A stretch of 64,000 bases of DNA, taken from contig JAXHNB010000002.1 of assembly GCA_034520945.1 (NCBI GenBank), positions 367,759 to 431,758 of the forward strand, in the 5' to 3' direction. Numbering within the stretch: position 1 is the stretch's first letter; the number at the start of each line of letters is the position of its first letter. Source of the stretch: Trueperaceae bacterium. GTDB taxonomy: Bacteria > Deinococcota > Deinococci > Deinococcales > Trueperaceae. The notes under the pieces were generated by a model. It searched no databases. It worked only from the letters and a program-made list of their open reading frames with translations, and was not told the origin of the DNA. Both the position numbers and the translations under genes were made by a program. Shown here one piece after another: positions 38,912 to 48,745 of the stretch.

Positions 38912-41077
38912 GTGGGCGCAGGCTTCGTGCCGTGGTCCGTGCCCTACGCCCTGGGGGTGGCGGCGGGCGCGTGGCTGCACGGCAGCGGCCTGCCCGCCCC
39001 CGCCCTCGCGCTGGCGGTGCTGGCGCTCCCGGCCTGCCGCCCGCGCCACCGACGCGTGTGGCTGGTGCTGCTGTTGGCCCTGCCGCTGGGGTGGGTTCGG
39101 CATGCCCAGCGGGAGGCACGGCCGGTGCCGCTCGCCCCGCTGGCGGGTCGCACCGTGGAGCTGGCGGGGTACGGCGAAGGGGGCCTGCTGCGCGTCCGTG
39201 GACTGGGCGGGGTGCGCGTCGCGTTGCGGCCGACCGATGCCGTGCCGCGCGGGCCGGTCCGGGTCCGCGGGCGGCTCGAGGCGGCGGAGGGCGTGCGCAA
39301 CCCCGGCGGCTTCGATGCGCGCGCATGGCTGCGCCGGCGTGGGGGCGCGCACGTTCTGTACGTCGATGCCGTCACGGCGGCGGGGACTCCCGCGACCGGC
39401 CTCCGCGAGGCGGCACGGGACGCCCTCACGCGCGGCCTGACGCCCCAGCGCGCACGCCTGATGCGCGCGCTGGTGCTGGGCGAGCGCGAGGGGGCGGGCG
39501 AGCTGCGCGACACCTTCGCCCGGGCGGGCCTGGCGCACCTGCTGGCACTTTCGGGTCTGCACTTGGGCATCCTCGGTGGGGTCGCGGCGGCGCTTCTGGC
39601 GCCGCTCGGGCCTTGGCGCTGGGCGGGTGCCGGCTTCTTCGCGGCCGCCTTCGCCCTGTGGGTGGGCCCGACCCCCGGCTTGGCCCGCGCCGCCATGATG
39701 GCGGTGGCGACCGGGCTCGGCATGGCGTCGGGGACGGGACGGCTGGACGGGTTCGCCACGCTGGCGCTGGCGGCGGGCCTGACGCTGACGGTCCGGCCGG
39801 ACTGGACGTTCGACCTGGGGTTTCAGCTGTCCTACCTGTCGCTGTTCGGCATTCTCGCGTGGGGGGTGCCGCTGGCGCGCCGCGCCGCGCGGGGGCGGTC
39901 CGCCTGGCATCCGCGGGCATGGGCGCCGGCCGGCATGGCGGTCAGCGCGTCGGCCACCGTGGCGACCGCCCCGATGGTGATCGACGCGTTCGGCGAGGTG
40001 CCGCCGTTCGGGCCGCTGGTGAACCTGGTGGCGGTGCCGCTGACCACCGTGCTGGTGCCGGCAGGGTTCGTCGCCGCGGCACTCGGGGCGGTCTGGGCGC
40101 CGCTGGCCGTGCCGGTGCAGGCCGTGGTGGGGCCCCTCGCGGGGGCGCTGTTGGCGCTCGCCCACGCCTGTTCGGCGCTCCCCGTGATCACGTGGGGACA
40201 GATCGGCACGCCCGCAATGGGCCTGTGGATGGTGGGCACGCTGCCGTGGGCGTGGACGCTTCGCGGGCGGTTGCGGCCGTGGCGGGCCGCGGCGGTGACG
40301 GCGTGCGCCCTGGCCGCGGCGTGCCTGATGGCGCTTCCGGAGCGGCCCCCGACGGCGTACGTGCTCGACGTCGGTCAGGGCGACGCGATCGTGCTTCGCC
40401 TCCCTGGGGGGCACGACGTGCTGGTCGACGGCGGCGGCACCCCCTTCTCGGACTACGACGTGGGCGCGGAGGTGGTCGTGCCCGCCCTGCGGGCGCTGGG
40501 CGTGCGCGCCCTCGACCTGGTGGTGGCCACGCACGCCGACAGTGATCACGTGGAGGGGCTCGCCGCCGTGCTGCAGGAGCTGCCCGTGGGCCTGCTGGCG
40601 TACGGCCACGACGTGCGCAAGCCGGTGTGGGACCGCCTGTTGGCCGTGGCCGACGCGCGCGGCGTGGCCCGCCGGCCGCTGCGCCGGGGCCAGCGGATCG
40701 CCCTGGGTCGCGCCGAGCTGCACGTGCTGCACCCGGTCGCGCGAAGCCGCGGCGAACCGAACGACGATTCCGTCGTGCTCCGGGTCGACTGGCGGGGGCG
40801 CGCGTGGGCGTTGCTTTTGGGCGACGCGCCGGCCGCGCTGGCCTCGCGCTTGGCGATTCCGCCGGTTCCGCTGCTGATGGCGGCGCACCACGGCGCGAAT
40901 GATGGCACCTCGGCCGCGCTGTTGCGGGCGGCCCGGCCCGAGGTGGTGGCGATCTCGGTGGGCCGCAACCGCTACGGCCACCCCTCGGACGCGGTCCTGG
41001 CCCGCGTCCGCGAGGTCGGCGCGGAGGTTCGTAGGACCGACCAGGAGGGCGCCCTTCGCTTTTCGCCCGCGTGGTAG
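38912..41077 (+). CDS. comEC: DNA uptake channel ComEC/Rec2
   Basis: RNPGGFD, AHLLALSGLH, GFQLSY, LDVGQGDA, THADSDH, AHHG, NRYGHP. Confidence 0.94.
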   Translation: MGAGFVPWSVPYALGVAAGAWLHGSGLPAPALALAVLALPACRPRHRRVWLVLLLALPLGWVRHAQREARPVPLAPLAGRTVELAGYGEGGLLRVRGLGGVRVALRPTDAVPRGPVRVRGRLEAAEGVRNPGGFDARAWLRRRGGAHVLYVDAVTAAGTPATGLREAARDALTRGLTPQRARLMRALVLGEREGAGELRDTFARAGLAHLLALSGLHLGILGGVAAALLAPLGPWRWAGAGFFAAAFALWVGPTPGLARAAMMAVATGLGMASGTGRLDGFATLALAAGLTLTVRPDWTFDLGFQLSYLSLFGILAWGVPLARRAARGRSAWHPRAWAPAGMAVSASATVATAPMVIDAFGEVPPFGPLVNLVAVPLTTVLVPAGFVAAALGAVWAPLAVPVQAVVGPLAGALLALAHACSALPVITWGQIGTPAMGLWMVGTLPWAWTLRGRLRPWRAAAVTACALAAACLMALPERPPTAYVLDVGQGDAIVLRLPGGHDVLVDGGGTPFSDYDVGAEVVVPALRALGVRALDLVVATHADSDHVEGLAAVLQELPVGLLAYGHDVRKPVWDRLLAVADARGVARRPLRRGQRIALGRAELHVLHPVARSRGEPNDDSVVLRVDWRGRAWALLLGDAPAALASRLAIPPVPLLMAAHHGANDGTSAALLRAARPEVVAISVGRNRYGHPSDAVLARVREVGAEVRRTDQEGALRFSPAW

Positions 41078-41085
41078 CGTTTCTC

Positions 41086-41838
41086 ATGCTCAAGGCGGTG
41101 CGCGTGCTCGCCGAGAACGGGCCCGTCCGTGTCGAGTTGGCACGTAGCGAGGGCCGGCTGGTGGTCGTCAAGCGGCTGGTGGGGTTCCATCCGGTGCTCG
41201 AGCGGCGCTTGGCCCGCGAGGCCGAGGTGGTGCGCAAGCTCGATCACCCCGGCATCCTGCCGCTCCTGTGGGTGCGGGACGGCGTGCTGGTCTATCCCTT
41301 TTTGCCGGGCGTCAATCTCGCCGACGCGCTGAGGGCGGGCCCGCTTCCCTGGCGCCGCGCGCGCCGCATCGGCGTCGAGGCGCTCCGCGCCCTGGACTAC
41401 GCCCACGGGCACGGCATCATTCACCACGACGTCAAGCCTGGCAACCTGGTGCAACGGGGCGAGCGAACCATCCTGCTGGACTTCGGCTTCGCGAAGGACC
41501 TGGCCCTGTCGTCGATCACGGCGATTTCGTCGGCCATGGGCACGCCGAACTACATGGCGCCCGAGCAGTTCGGCGGCGTCCGCGACGATCCGCGCAGCGA
41601 CATCTACGCCGTCGGGGCGGTGCTGTACCACGCCGTGGCGGGCGAGCCCCCCTACGGCCGGGAGGTGCTGCGCATGCTGGCCGGCGAACGGCCCGAATTG
41701 GCGCCCGTGCCCGCACGGGCGCGGGCGTTGGCGGACTGGATCCGGACGGCCCTGGCGCCCGCGCCGAGCGCGCGCTTCCAGTCGGCCGCCGAGATGCTGG
41801 CCGCGGTGCCGGACGAACGCGCCCAGGTGGCCCGTTGA
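41086..41838 (+). CDS. Minimal soluble Ser/Thr protein kinase (250 aa) lacking a canonical Gly-rich loop
   Basis: VVVKRL, HHDVKPGN, LLDFG, GTPNYMAPE, SDIYAVG; N-terminus has LAENGPVRV in place of GxGxxG. Confidence 0.88.
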   Translation: MLKAVRVLAENGPVRVELARSEGRLVVVKRLVGFHPVLERRLAREAEVVRKLDHPGILPLLWVRDGVLVYPFLPGVNLADALRAGPLPWRRARRIGVEALRALDYAHGHGIIHHDVKPGNLVQRGERTILLDFGFAKDLALSSITAISSAMGTPNYMAPEQFGGVRDDPRSDIYAVGAVLYHAVAGEPPYGREVLRMLAGERPELAPVPARARALADWIRTALAPAPSARFQSAAEMLAAVPDERAQVAR

Positions 41839-42785
41839 TCCTCGCGTTCAGCGGCGATTCGTTCCTGGCCCGGCGTGGTGCGCGGCGCGCCCTGGACGCC
41901 CGCGGCGGCGATGGCGTCTCCGTGGTCGAACTGGGCGAGGGGACCGACGCCGACGAGATCGTCCAGCAGGCCCGACAGTCGGGGCTGTTCGGGGCCTCGA
42001 CGCTGCTGATCGACTTCGACGCCGCGTTCCAGGGCCAGGGGGGCGTGGCGCCGCGCAACGCCGCCCTGAAGGCGCTGGCGTCGGTCCCGGACGAGACCCT
42101 GGTGGTGGTGATCGACAGCCACGCCACACCGGCGCGTCAGAAGCGCTGGCAGGAGCTGGGCGAACTGGATCACCGCCCCACCCCCCGGTTCGGCGAACTG
42201 CGGCGCTGGATCGCGCGCGAGCTCGACGATGCCGGGGTGCGCGTCGAGCCGAGCGTGCCGGCGTTGCTGGCCGACCTGTTCGGCGAGGACCTGCCCGGGC
42301 TCGCCTCCGAAATCCAGAAGCTGGCGGTCCTGGACGAGACGCTCGGCGAGGACCGCGTACGTCGTCTGGTCGCGCGGCCCGCCTCCCGCGACGCCTTCGA
42401 CATGATCGACGCCATCGTGCGTGGCGACGCGGGGCAGGCGGTGCGGGTGGCTCAGACGCTGATGGACGCCGGCGAGCCCCCCGCCCGCGTCGCCGGGGCA
42501 TTGGCGTGGCAGTTCGCGCTGGTGGCGCGGGCGCGGGGGTTGCGCGAGGAACAGGGGGAGGTGCCCAAGGCGATCGCCGCGAAGGAGCTCGGCACCTCCC
42601 CATACCCGGCGGGACGGGCGATGGCGCTGGCGCGCGAGGCGGACGAGCGGATGCTGGCCGAGGTGTTCGAGCAGTTGCTGGACGCCGAGACCGCCCTCAA
42701 GACCGGCCGCCGCGAGCCGGGGTGGGCGATGACCGCGTTGGCGCTGTCGTTGGCGTCGACCTTCGGGCGTGGGGCCGCCCCGTGA
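41835..42785 (+). CDS. holA: DNA polymerase III delta subunit
   Basis: ILAFSGDSFLA, SGLFG, LASEIQKL, FDMIDAI, LLDAETALKTG; conventional position downstream of comEC; TTG overlaps the kinase stop. Confidence 0.85.
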   Translation: MILAFSGDSFLARRGARRALDARGGDGVSVVELGEGTDADEIVQQARQSGLFGASTLLIDFDAAFQGQGGVAPRNAALKALASVPDETLVVVIDSHATPARQKRWQELGELDHRPTPRFGELRRWIARELDDAGVRVEPSVPALLADLFGEDLPGLASEIQKLAVLDETLGEDRVRRLVARPASRDAFDMIDAIVRGDAGQAVRVAQTLMDAGEPPARVAGALAWQFALVARARGLREEQGEVPKAIAAKELGTSPYPAGRAMALAREADERMLAEVFEQLLDAETALKTGRREPGWAMTALALSLASTFGRGAAP

Positions 42786-43777
42786 GCGCGGACCGACGCG
42801 GCGCGGACGCGCTCGCGGCGCCCGCGCAGGTGGTGGACGGTGTCGCGGCGGGCGACCCGCGGTCGCTGGCGCGCGCGGTCTCGTGGCTCGAAGCGGACGA
42901 TCCGCGCGGCGCGGAGGTGCTGGCGCGGCTGCGTCGCGGGGCCGGCGGGGCCGCCCCGGCACACCTGATCGGGATCACCGGCGCACCCGGGTCGGGGAAG
43001 AGCACCCTGGTGGACCGCTACATCCACCACCAACGGCACCATGACCGGCGCGTGGCGGTCGTGGCCGTCGATCCGACCAGCCCCTTCTCCGGCGGGGCGA
43101 TCCTCGGCGACCGCATTCGCATGACCCGCTGGCACGCCGACCCGGGCGTGTTCGTCCGCTCGATGGCCACCCGCGGTCAGCTCGGCGGGTTGGCGGCGGG
43201 CACGCTGCGCGTGGCGGGGTTGCTGGCGATGAGCGGCTTCGACCGGGTCGTGATCGAGACGGTGGGGGTGGGGCAGTCGGAGGTGGACGTCGTCGAGGTC
43301 GCCGATACGACGGTGCTGTTGCTTGCGCCGGGCGCGGGGGACGGGATTCAGGCGGTCAAGGCCGGCGTGATGGAGATCGCCGACGTGTTCGTCGTCGCCA
43401 AGGCCGACCTGCCCGGCGCCGACCGCCTGCAGCGCGAGATCCGGGCGTCGCTGGCCCTGGCGCCGGCGGCCGAGGGGGATGCCTGGTCGCCGCCGATCGT
43501 GCGGGCCAGCACCACGGACGAGGCGGGGGCGGAGGCGTTGGCGTCGGCCCTGGAGGCGCACCGCGCCCACCTGGCGGCGGGCGGCGGCGGCGGTTTCGCA
43601 GAGCGCCGCCGGCGGCGGGTCCGCGCCGAACTGGCCGCGGCCGTGCGCGGGCGCGTGCGCGGCGCGCTGTTCGAGCACGGCGAGGCGTGGGTCGACGCTG
43701 TCCTCGCCGGCGAGCGAAGCGCCGAGCAGGCCGTGTCGGGGTTGATGGCGCACCTGGCCGTCACCGAGCAGGCGTAG
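42782..43777 (+). CDS. meaB: Methylmalonyl-CoA mutase-associated GTPase MeaB
   Basis: GITGAPGSGKSTL, AVDPTSPFSGGAILGDRIRM, ETVGVGQSE, KAGVMEIAD. Confidence 0.93.
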   Translation: MSADRRGADALAAPAQVVDGVAAGDPRSLARAVSWLEADDPRGAEVLARLRRGAGGAAPAHLIGITGAPGSGKSTLVDRYIHHQRHHDRRVAVVAVDPTSPFSGGAILGDRIRMTRWHADPGVFVRSMATRGQLGGLAAGTLRVAGLLAMSGFDRVVIETVGVGQSEVDVVEVADTTVLLLAPGAGDGIQAVKAGVMEIADVFVVAKADLPGADRLQREIRASLALAPAAEGDAWSPPIVRASTTDEAGAEALASALEAHRAHLAAGGGGGFAERRRRRVRAELAAAVRGRVRGALFEHGEAWVDAVLAGERSAEQAVSGLMAHLAVTEQA

Positions 43778-44326
<549 letters not shown>

Positions 44327-44408
44327 ACTCTTCGTTCGCGGCCGCCGAGGGGGTCGCACTCGGCGCGGCAGGCGGGACGCCTGGCGCCGCGCCCGGAGAG
44401 GACGTCGG

Positions 44409-45401
44409 ATGTCGTACTTGATGCGAGGCTTGGCGGCGAACGGTGGGATCCGTATCGTCGCGGCGGACACGACGGCGTTGGTGAGTGAGGCGGTGCAGCG
44501 CCACGAGGCGCGGCCCACCGCCGGCGCAGCGCTGGGACGGACGTTGACCGGCGCGCTGCTGCTTTCGCACGTCCTGTTGAAGGACCCCCGCGACCGCGTC
44601 ACCCTGCGGTTGCAGGGGGACGGGCCGTTGGGCGGCGTCATCGCCGAAGCGGGCCTGGACGGCACCGTCCGCGGGTACGCTGAGCGACCGTCGGCCGACC
44701 TTCCGCTCCGGCAGGACGGAAAGCTGGACGTCGGGGGGGCGGTGGGGCCCGAGGGAACGATCGAGGTGATCCGGTCGCACGCCCCCTACGGCGACCCCTA
44801 CCAGAGCGCCGTGGAGCTGGTCTCGGGCGAGGTGGCCGAGGACATCTCCGGATTCCTGGCGCGAAGCGAGCAGATCGCCTCCGCCGTGCTATTGGGCGTG
44901 TACTACCAGAACGGTGTCGTCTCGCGGTCCGGGGGCGTGCTGCTGCAGGCGTTGCCGGACGCGGAGGAGGGCGTGCTCGCCCGGCTCGAAGCCAACGTGC
45001 GCGCGTTCGGCCCCCTCACCGAAGGGTTGCGGCGCGCGTCGTTGATCGAAGCGATGCACGAGCTGACGGCCGGGTTCGACCTGCGCATCATGAACGACGA
45101 GGCGCTCCCCGTAGGGTTCGCGTGCCGCTGCAGCGACGACAAGGCGCGTCAGGTCCTGGCGTACTTCACGCCCGAGGAGCGACGCCGCATGATCGAGGAG
45201 GACGGCGGCGCCGAGGCGGTGTGCCACTGGTGCGGCCAAAGGCGCTGGATCGGGGCGGAGGCGATCCGCTCCCTTGGCGACGGCAAGGACGAGGTGCGGT
45301 GTCCGGACTGCGGCACGTTGTGGTACCGCGACGCGGGCACGGTGATGGTGCGCGACGGCGAACGGTGCGCCTGCGGACGCCCGGTGGCGCTTCCGAACTG
45401 A
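44409..45401 (+). CDS. hslO: Hsp33 redox-regulated chaperone with extra C-terminal Cys4 module
   Basis: AALGRTLTG, GDGPLGG, KLDVGGAVG, SGEVAED, SEQ, CRC...CHWC, then CPDC...CAC. Confidence 0.93.
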   Translation: MSYLMRGLAANGGIRIVAADTTALVSEAVQRHEARPTAGAALGRTLTGALLLSHVLLKDPRDRVTLRLQGDGPLGGVIAEAGLDGTVRGYAERPSADLPLRQDGKLDVGGAVGPEGTIEVIRSHAPYGDPYQSAVELVSGEVAEDISGFLARSEQIASAVLLGVYYQNGVVSRSGGVLLQALPDAEEGVLARLEANVRAFGPLTEGLRRASLIEAMHELTAGFDLRIMNDEALPVGFACRCSDDKARQVLAYFTPEERRRMIEEDGGAEAVCHWCGQRRWIGAEAIRSLGDGKDEVRCPDCGTLWYRDAGTVMVRDGERCACGRPVALPN

Positions 45402-45422
45402 ACACCTGCTAGCATTCGCGGC

Positions 45423-46316
45423 ATGCCCCTCATCGCGCTTCTGGCGCTTCTCGTCGTCGCCGTACTGTGGGGTTCGGCGTTTCCGCTCATCAAGGTCGGC
45501 CTCTCGGGCCTGTCGGTGCCGCACCTGACGGTGGTGCGGCACCTCGTGGCGTCGGGGGCGTTCGCGGTGTTCCTGCTCGCGACCGGCCGCCGGCTCCGGC
45601 CCGCCTGGTCGGACGTGCCGTGGTTCCTGCTGCTGGGGTTCAGCGGCATGTTCGTCTACCACACGGCGCTCAACGCCGGCGAACTCCGGGTCTCGGCCGG
45701 CGCCACCAGCCTGATCATCGCGACCGCGCCGGCCATCACCGCGCTGTTGGCGCGCCTGATCACGGGCGAGCGCCTGCCGGCCTGGGGGTGGGCGGGCATC
45801 GCGACGTCGTTCTCCGGCGTGGTGCTGATCGTGCTCGGCGACACCCCGGACCTTCGCTTCGACCCGTTCGCCGGGTTCGTGCTGTTGTCGGCCTTCGCGA
45901 CCAGCCTGTACTTCGTGTTGCAGCAGCGCATGTTCGCGCGCTACCAGGCGGTGGAGGTCACCGCGTTCGTGACCTGGGGCGGCACCGTGCCGATGCTTGC
46001 CTTCCTGCCCGGCCTGCCGGCCGACGTGCTCAGCGCCCCGCCCCAAGCGCTCATGGCGGCGGTGTACATCGGCCTGCTCCCTTCGGCGGTGGCGTACAGC
46101 CTGTTCGCCTTCGCCCAGACCCGGGCGCCGGTCACGCAGGTGGCGACGATGCTGTACACCGTGCCGTTGTTCAGCCTGCTGCTGTCGTGGGGCATTCTCG
46201 GCGAGGTGCCGACCCTACTGACGCTCCTCGGCGGGGCGGTGGCGATCGTTGGCATCGTGATGGTGCAGCGCGCGCGCAGGCACGCCGCCCGTCGGGTGAC
46301 CGCCCTGCGCGGCTGA
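45423..46316 (+). CDS. DMT/EamA family transporter
   Basis: VLWGSAFPLIK; duplicated 5-TM EamA pattern; TAGCAT-N7-ATG. Confidence 0.88.
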   Translation: MPLIALLALLVVAVLWGSAFPLIKVGLSGLSVPHLTVVRHLVASGAFAVFLLATGRRLRPAWSDVPWFLLLGFSGMFVYHTALNAGELRVSAGATSLIIATAPAITALLARLITGERLPAWGWAGIATSFSGVVLIVLGDTPDLRFDPFAGFVLLSAFATSLYFVLQQRMFARYQAVEVTAFVTWGGTVPMLAFLPGLPADVLSAPPQALMAAVYIGLLPSAVAYSLFAFAQTRAPVTQVATMLYTVPLFSLLLSWGILGEVPTLLTLLGGAVAIVGIVMVQRARRHAARRVTALRG

Positions 46317-46333
46317 GCCCGCGCGGGCGCCGC

Positions 46334-46945
46334 TCAGGCCCGTGGCGGGCGGGGCGCGCCCAGGCGGCGCTCGGTCCCCTTGGCGAGCCTGCGGACGTTC
46401 TCGCGGTGCTGGGCGAAGGCCAGCAGCATCAGTACGATCCCCAACGCCAAGTCCGGGGGCGCGTAGGTGCCCGACGCCAGCAGGAACAGCGGGGCCGAGG
46501 CCATCCCCACCAGCGAGCCGAGCGACACGTAGCGACCGAGCGCGATCGTCAGCACGCCCAGGACGACGGCGACCAACGCGACGGCGGGGTTGACGACCAG
46601 GAACACCCCCAGGGTGGTGGCGATGCCCTTGCCGCCCCGCAAGCGCAGGAACACGTTGAAGTCGTTGCCGAGCACCGTGGCCATGCCGGTGAGGGCCACG
46701 GTCCACCCGTCCATGCCGAGGGCCAGCGGCAGCAACGTCGCCAGGGCGCCCTTCACCGGGTCCATGAGGCCGACCAGCAGGGCCGGCCACACGCCCAGCG
46801 CACGCAGCACGTTGGTGGCGCCGATGTTGCCGGACCCGACCTGCTGGATGTCCACGCCGTGCGCACGCGCGACCAGCCAGCCGGTCGGCACCGTGCCGAC
46901 CAGGTAGCCGATCACCATGAACAAGGGCGCGAGCAGGACGGACAC
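46334..46945 (-). CDS. plsY: Glycerol-3-phosphate acyltransferase PlsY
   Basis: GYLVGTVP, GSGNIGATNVLR, DPVKG, RGGKGIAT, HRENVRRL..GTE. Confidence 0.94.
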   Translation of the reverse strand: MSVLLAPLFMVIGYLVGTVPTGWLVARAHGVDIQQVGSGNIGATNVLRALGVWPALLVGLMDPVKGALATLLPLALGMDGWTVALTGMATVLGNDFNVFLRLRGGKGIATTLGVFLVVNPAVALVAVVLGVLTIALGRYVSLGSLVGMASAPLFLLASGTYAPPDLALGIVLMLLAFAQHRENVRRLAKGTERRLGAPRPPRA

Positions 46946-47001
46946 GTGACCTCCCAGCGGAGGGGAACGTCGGGGGCGAGGGCGGGGCGAAGCGCGGGCG
47001 T

Positions 47002-47036
47002 GGGACCTGGCCGTGGGACCTGGGCGCGGGACCTGG
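47002..47036 (+). repeat. Three GGGACCTGG copies with a 13-bp period in the plsY leader
   Basis: Exact copies at 47002, 47015 and 47028, just downstream of a minus-strand TATGAT (47046-47041). Confidence 0.7.
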
Positions 47037-47127
47037 CCGAATCATACCGGCGCGCGTGTGGGGGGACCGTGAGGGGCCCAAGGTGGGGGCGAGGTTCGGG
47101 ACGAGCGGGCGCGGTACCCTGCGCGGC

Positions 47128-48687
47128 ATGACTCAAGAGGCGCTACTTCTGCTGGTCGTCGTCGTGACCGGCGTGTTCGCGTTCCGGTGGACCCGGCGGC
47201 TGGCGCCGGGGTGGAGCGAGCTTCCGCTCAAGACCGCCGCGGCCGCGTTGTTGGCGGCCGGCGTGCTGGCGGCCGAGTTCGGGGTGGTCCAGGCCGGGCC
47301 CGCCTGGCGGTGGGCGGCGCTGGTGTTGGCGCCGCTGTACGTGTTCGCGCCGCTGGCGCTGACCGGGTTGGCGCGGGCCGGGCGGTTCCGCGCAGCGGGC
47401 CTGCTGGTGCGCGTGCTGTACTGGTCGGGGCCGGGACGGGACGGGATGCGGCGCTTGTTGACGCAGGTCGCGTTGCGCCGCGGCGACGCCGACGCGGCCG
47501 AGCGAACCATGCCGGAGGACGCGCCGTTGTTGCAGGCGCAGCTGCACGCGCTGCGCCAGGAGTGGGCGCGCGTGCTCGAGGTCGAGCTCGACGGGGCCCG
47601 CGACAACGTGCACCTGTTGGAGGAGGCCAAGGTGCGGGCATTGCTGGCGTTGGAGCGGACCGACGAGGCGGCTGCGCGCGTGGCGGACCTGGAGTCTCGC
47701 CTGCAGGACGCCGACGCCGGTCCGATCCTCGCCCGCGCCGCGCTGTTGTCGTCCGCGCGGCTGGCCGCCGCGCGCGGCCGGTTGGAGGAGGCCCAGAAGG
47801 CGTTGCAACCGCCGCCCGCCGGCGTGCCGCCGTTCGAGTTGTTCGCGATCCTGGCCGAAGCGGCGGAGCGAGGCCGGCACGACGTGGCGGGCGACCTGTG
47901 GACGCGTGCGTACGCGGCCGCCCCCCCGCCGTTGCGCCCGCGCTACGCCGAGCATCTGCGCGCCCTGGGCCGCACCGTGCCGGAGGTACGGCTCCGGCGG
48001 CCGGTGGCGACCTACGCCATGGCGGCCACGCTGGTCGTGGCGTACCTCGGCCAGCTGCTGCTGGACGGCTCGGTGGCGCCGTTTCCGACCCCGATCGGAC
48101 GACTGGACCCCAGCATGGCGACGGCGGCGTTCCTGTTGGGCGTGCCGGGCGTGCCGAGCGGCGAGGCGTGGTGGCGTTTCCTGTCGTACGCGTTCGTGCA
48201 CGGCAACCTGATCCACATCCTGCTGAACGCCTGGGTGCTCACCGACATCGGCCGTCTGTACGAGGTGCGCCGCCGCTGGGGCGACCTGCTGGCGGCGTTC
48301 GTGATGGGGACCCTGATGGGGGGGTACCTGACGCAGGTGGCGCAGGCGGGGCAGACGGTGGTGCTGGTCGGCGCCTCGGGGGGCGTGCTGGGCGTGGCGG
48401 GGGCGTTGCTGGCGGACGTGCTCCGCGGCCGGGGCGCCGCGGACCGCGCCATGACGCGCAGCCTGGCGCAGTGGATGGCGCTGATCGCGCTGCTGTCGGT
48501 GGCGGTTCCGAACGTCTCCCTGTGGGGCCACGTGGGCGGCGTGGTCGGGGGCTTCCTGTGGGGGTTCGTGCGTCAGGGCCTCCCGGGGGGCCGACGCATC
48601 GACGACGCGGCGGGCGGGGCCTCCATCCTGGCGATGGTCGCAGCGGTGGCGCTGGCGATGGCCACGATTCCGCGCATCCTGCCCTGA
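47128..48687 (+). CDS. Rhomboid intramembrane serine protease with N-terminal TM and helical (TPR-like) region
   Basis: WWRFLSYAFVHGNLIHILLN, LVGASGG (catalytic Ser), SLWGHVGG (catalytic His). Confidence 0.9.
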   Translation: MTQEALLLLVVVVTGVFAFRWTRRLAPGWSELPLKTAAAALLAAGVLAAEFGVVQAGPAWRWAALVLAPLYVFAPLALTGLARAGRFRAAGLLVRVLYWSGPGRDGMRRLLTQVALRRGDADAAERTMPEDAPLLQAQLHALRQEWARVLEVELDGARDNVHLLEEAKVRALLALERTDEAAARVADLESRLQDADAGPILARAALLSSARLAAARGRLEEAQKALQPPPAGVPPFELFAILAEAAERGRHDVAGDLWTRAYAAAPPPLRPRYAEHLRALGRTVPEVRLRRPVATYAMAATLVVAYLGQLLLDGSVAPFPTPIGRLDPSMATAAFLLGVPGVPSGEAWWRFLSYAFVHGNLIHILLNAWVLTDIGRLYEVRRRWGDLLAAFVMGTLMGGYLTQVAQAGQTVVLVGASGGVLGVAGALLADVLRGRGAADRAMTRSLAQWMALIALLSVAVPNVSLWGHVGGVVGGFLWGFVRQGLPGGRRIDDAAGGASILAMVAAVALAMATIPRILP

Positions 48688-48745
48688 GCGGTGACGTGCG
48701 TCGGGGGCGGCGCGCAGCGGCGAGAGGCGCGCCGCGGCGTGCCTC

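Noticed and set aside
42782..43777. meaB without an adjacent methylmalonyl-CoA mutase
   Set aside because: The mutase is often encoded elsewhere; not informative from one window.
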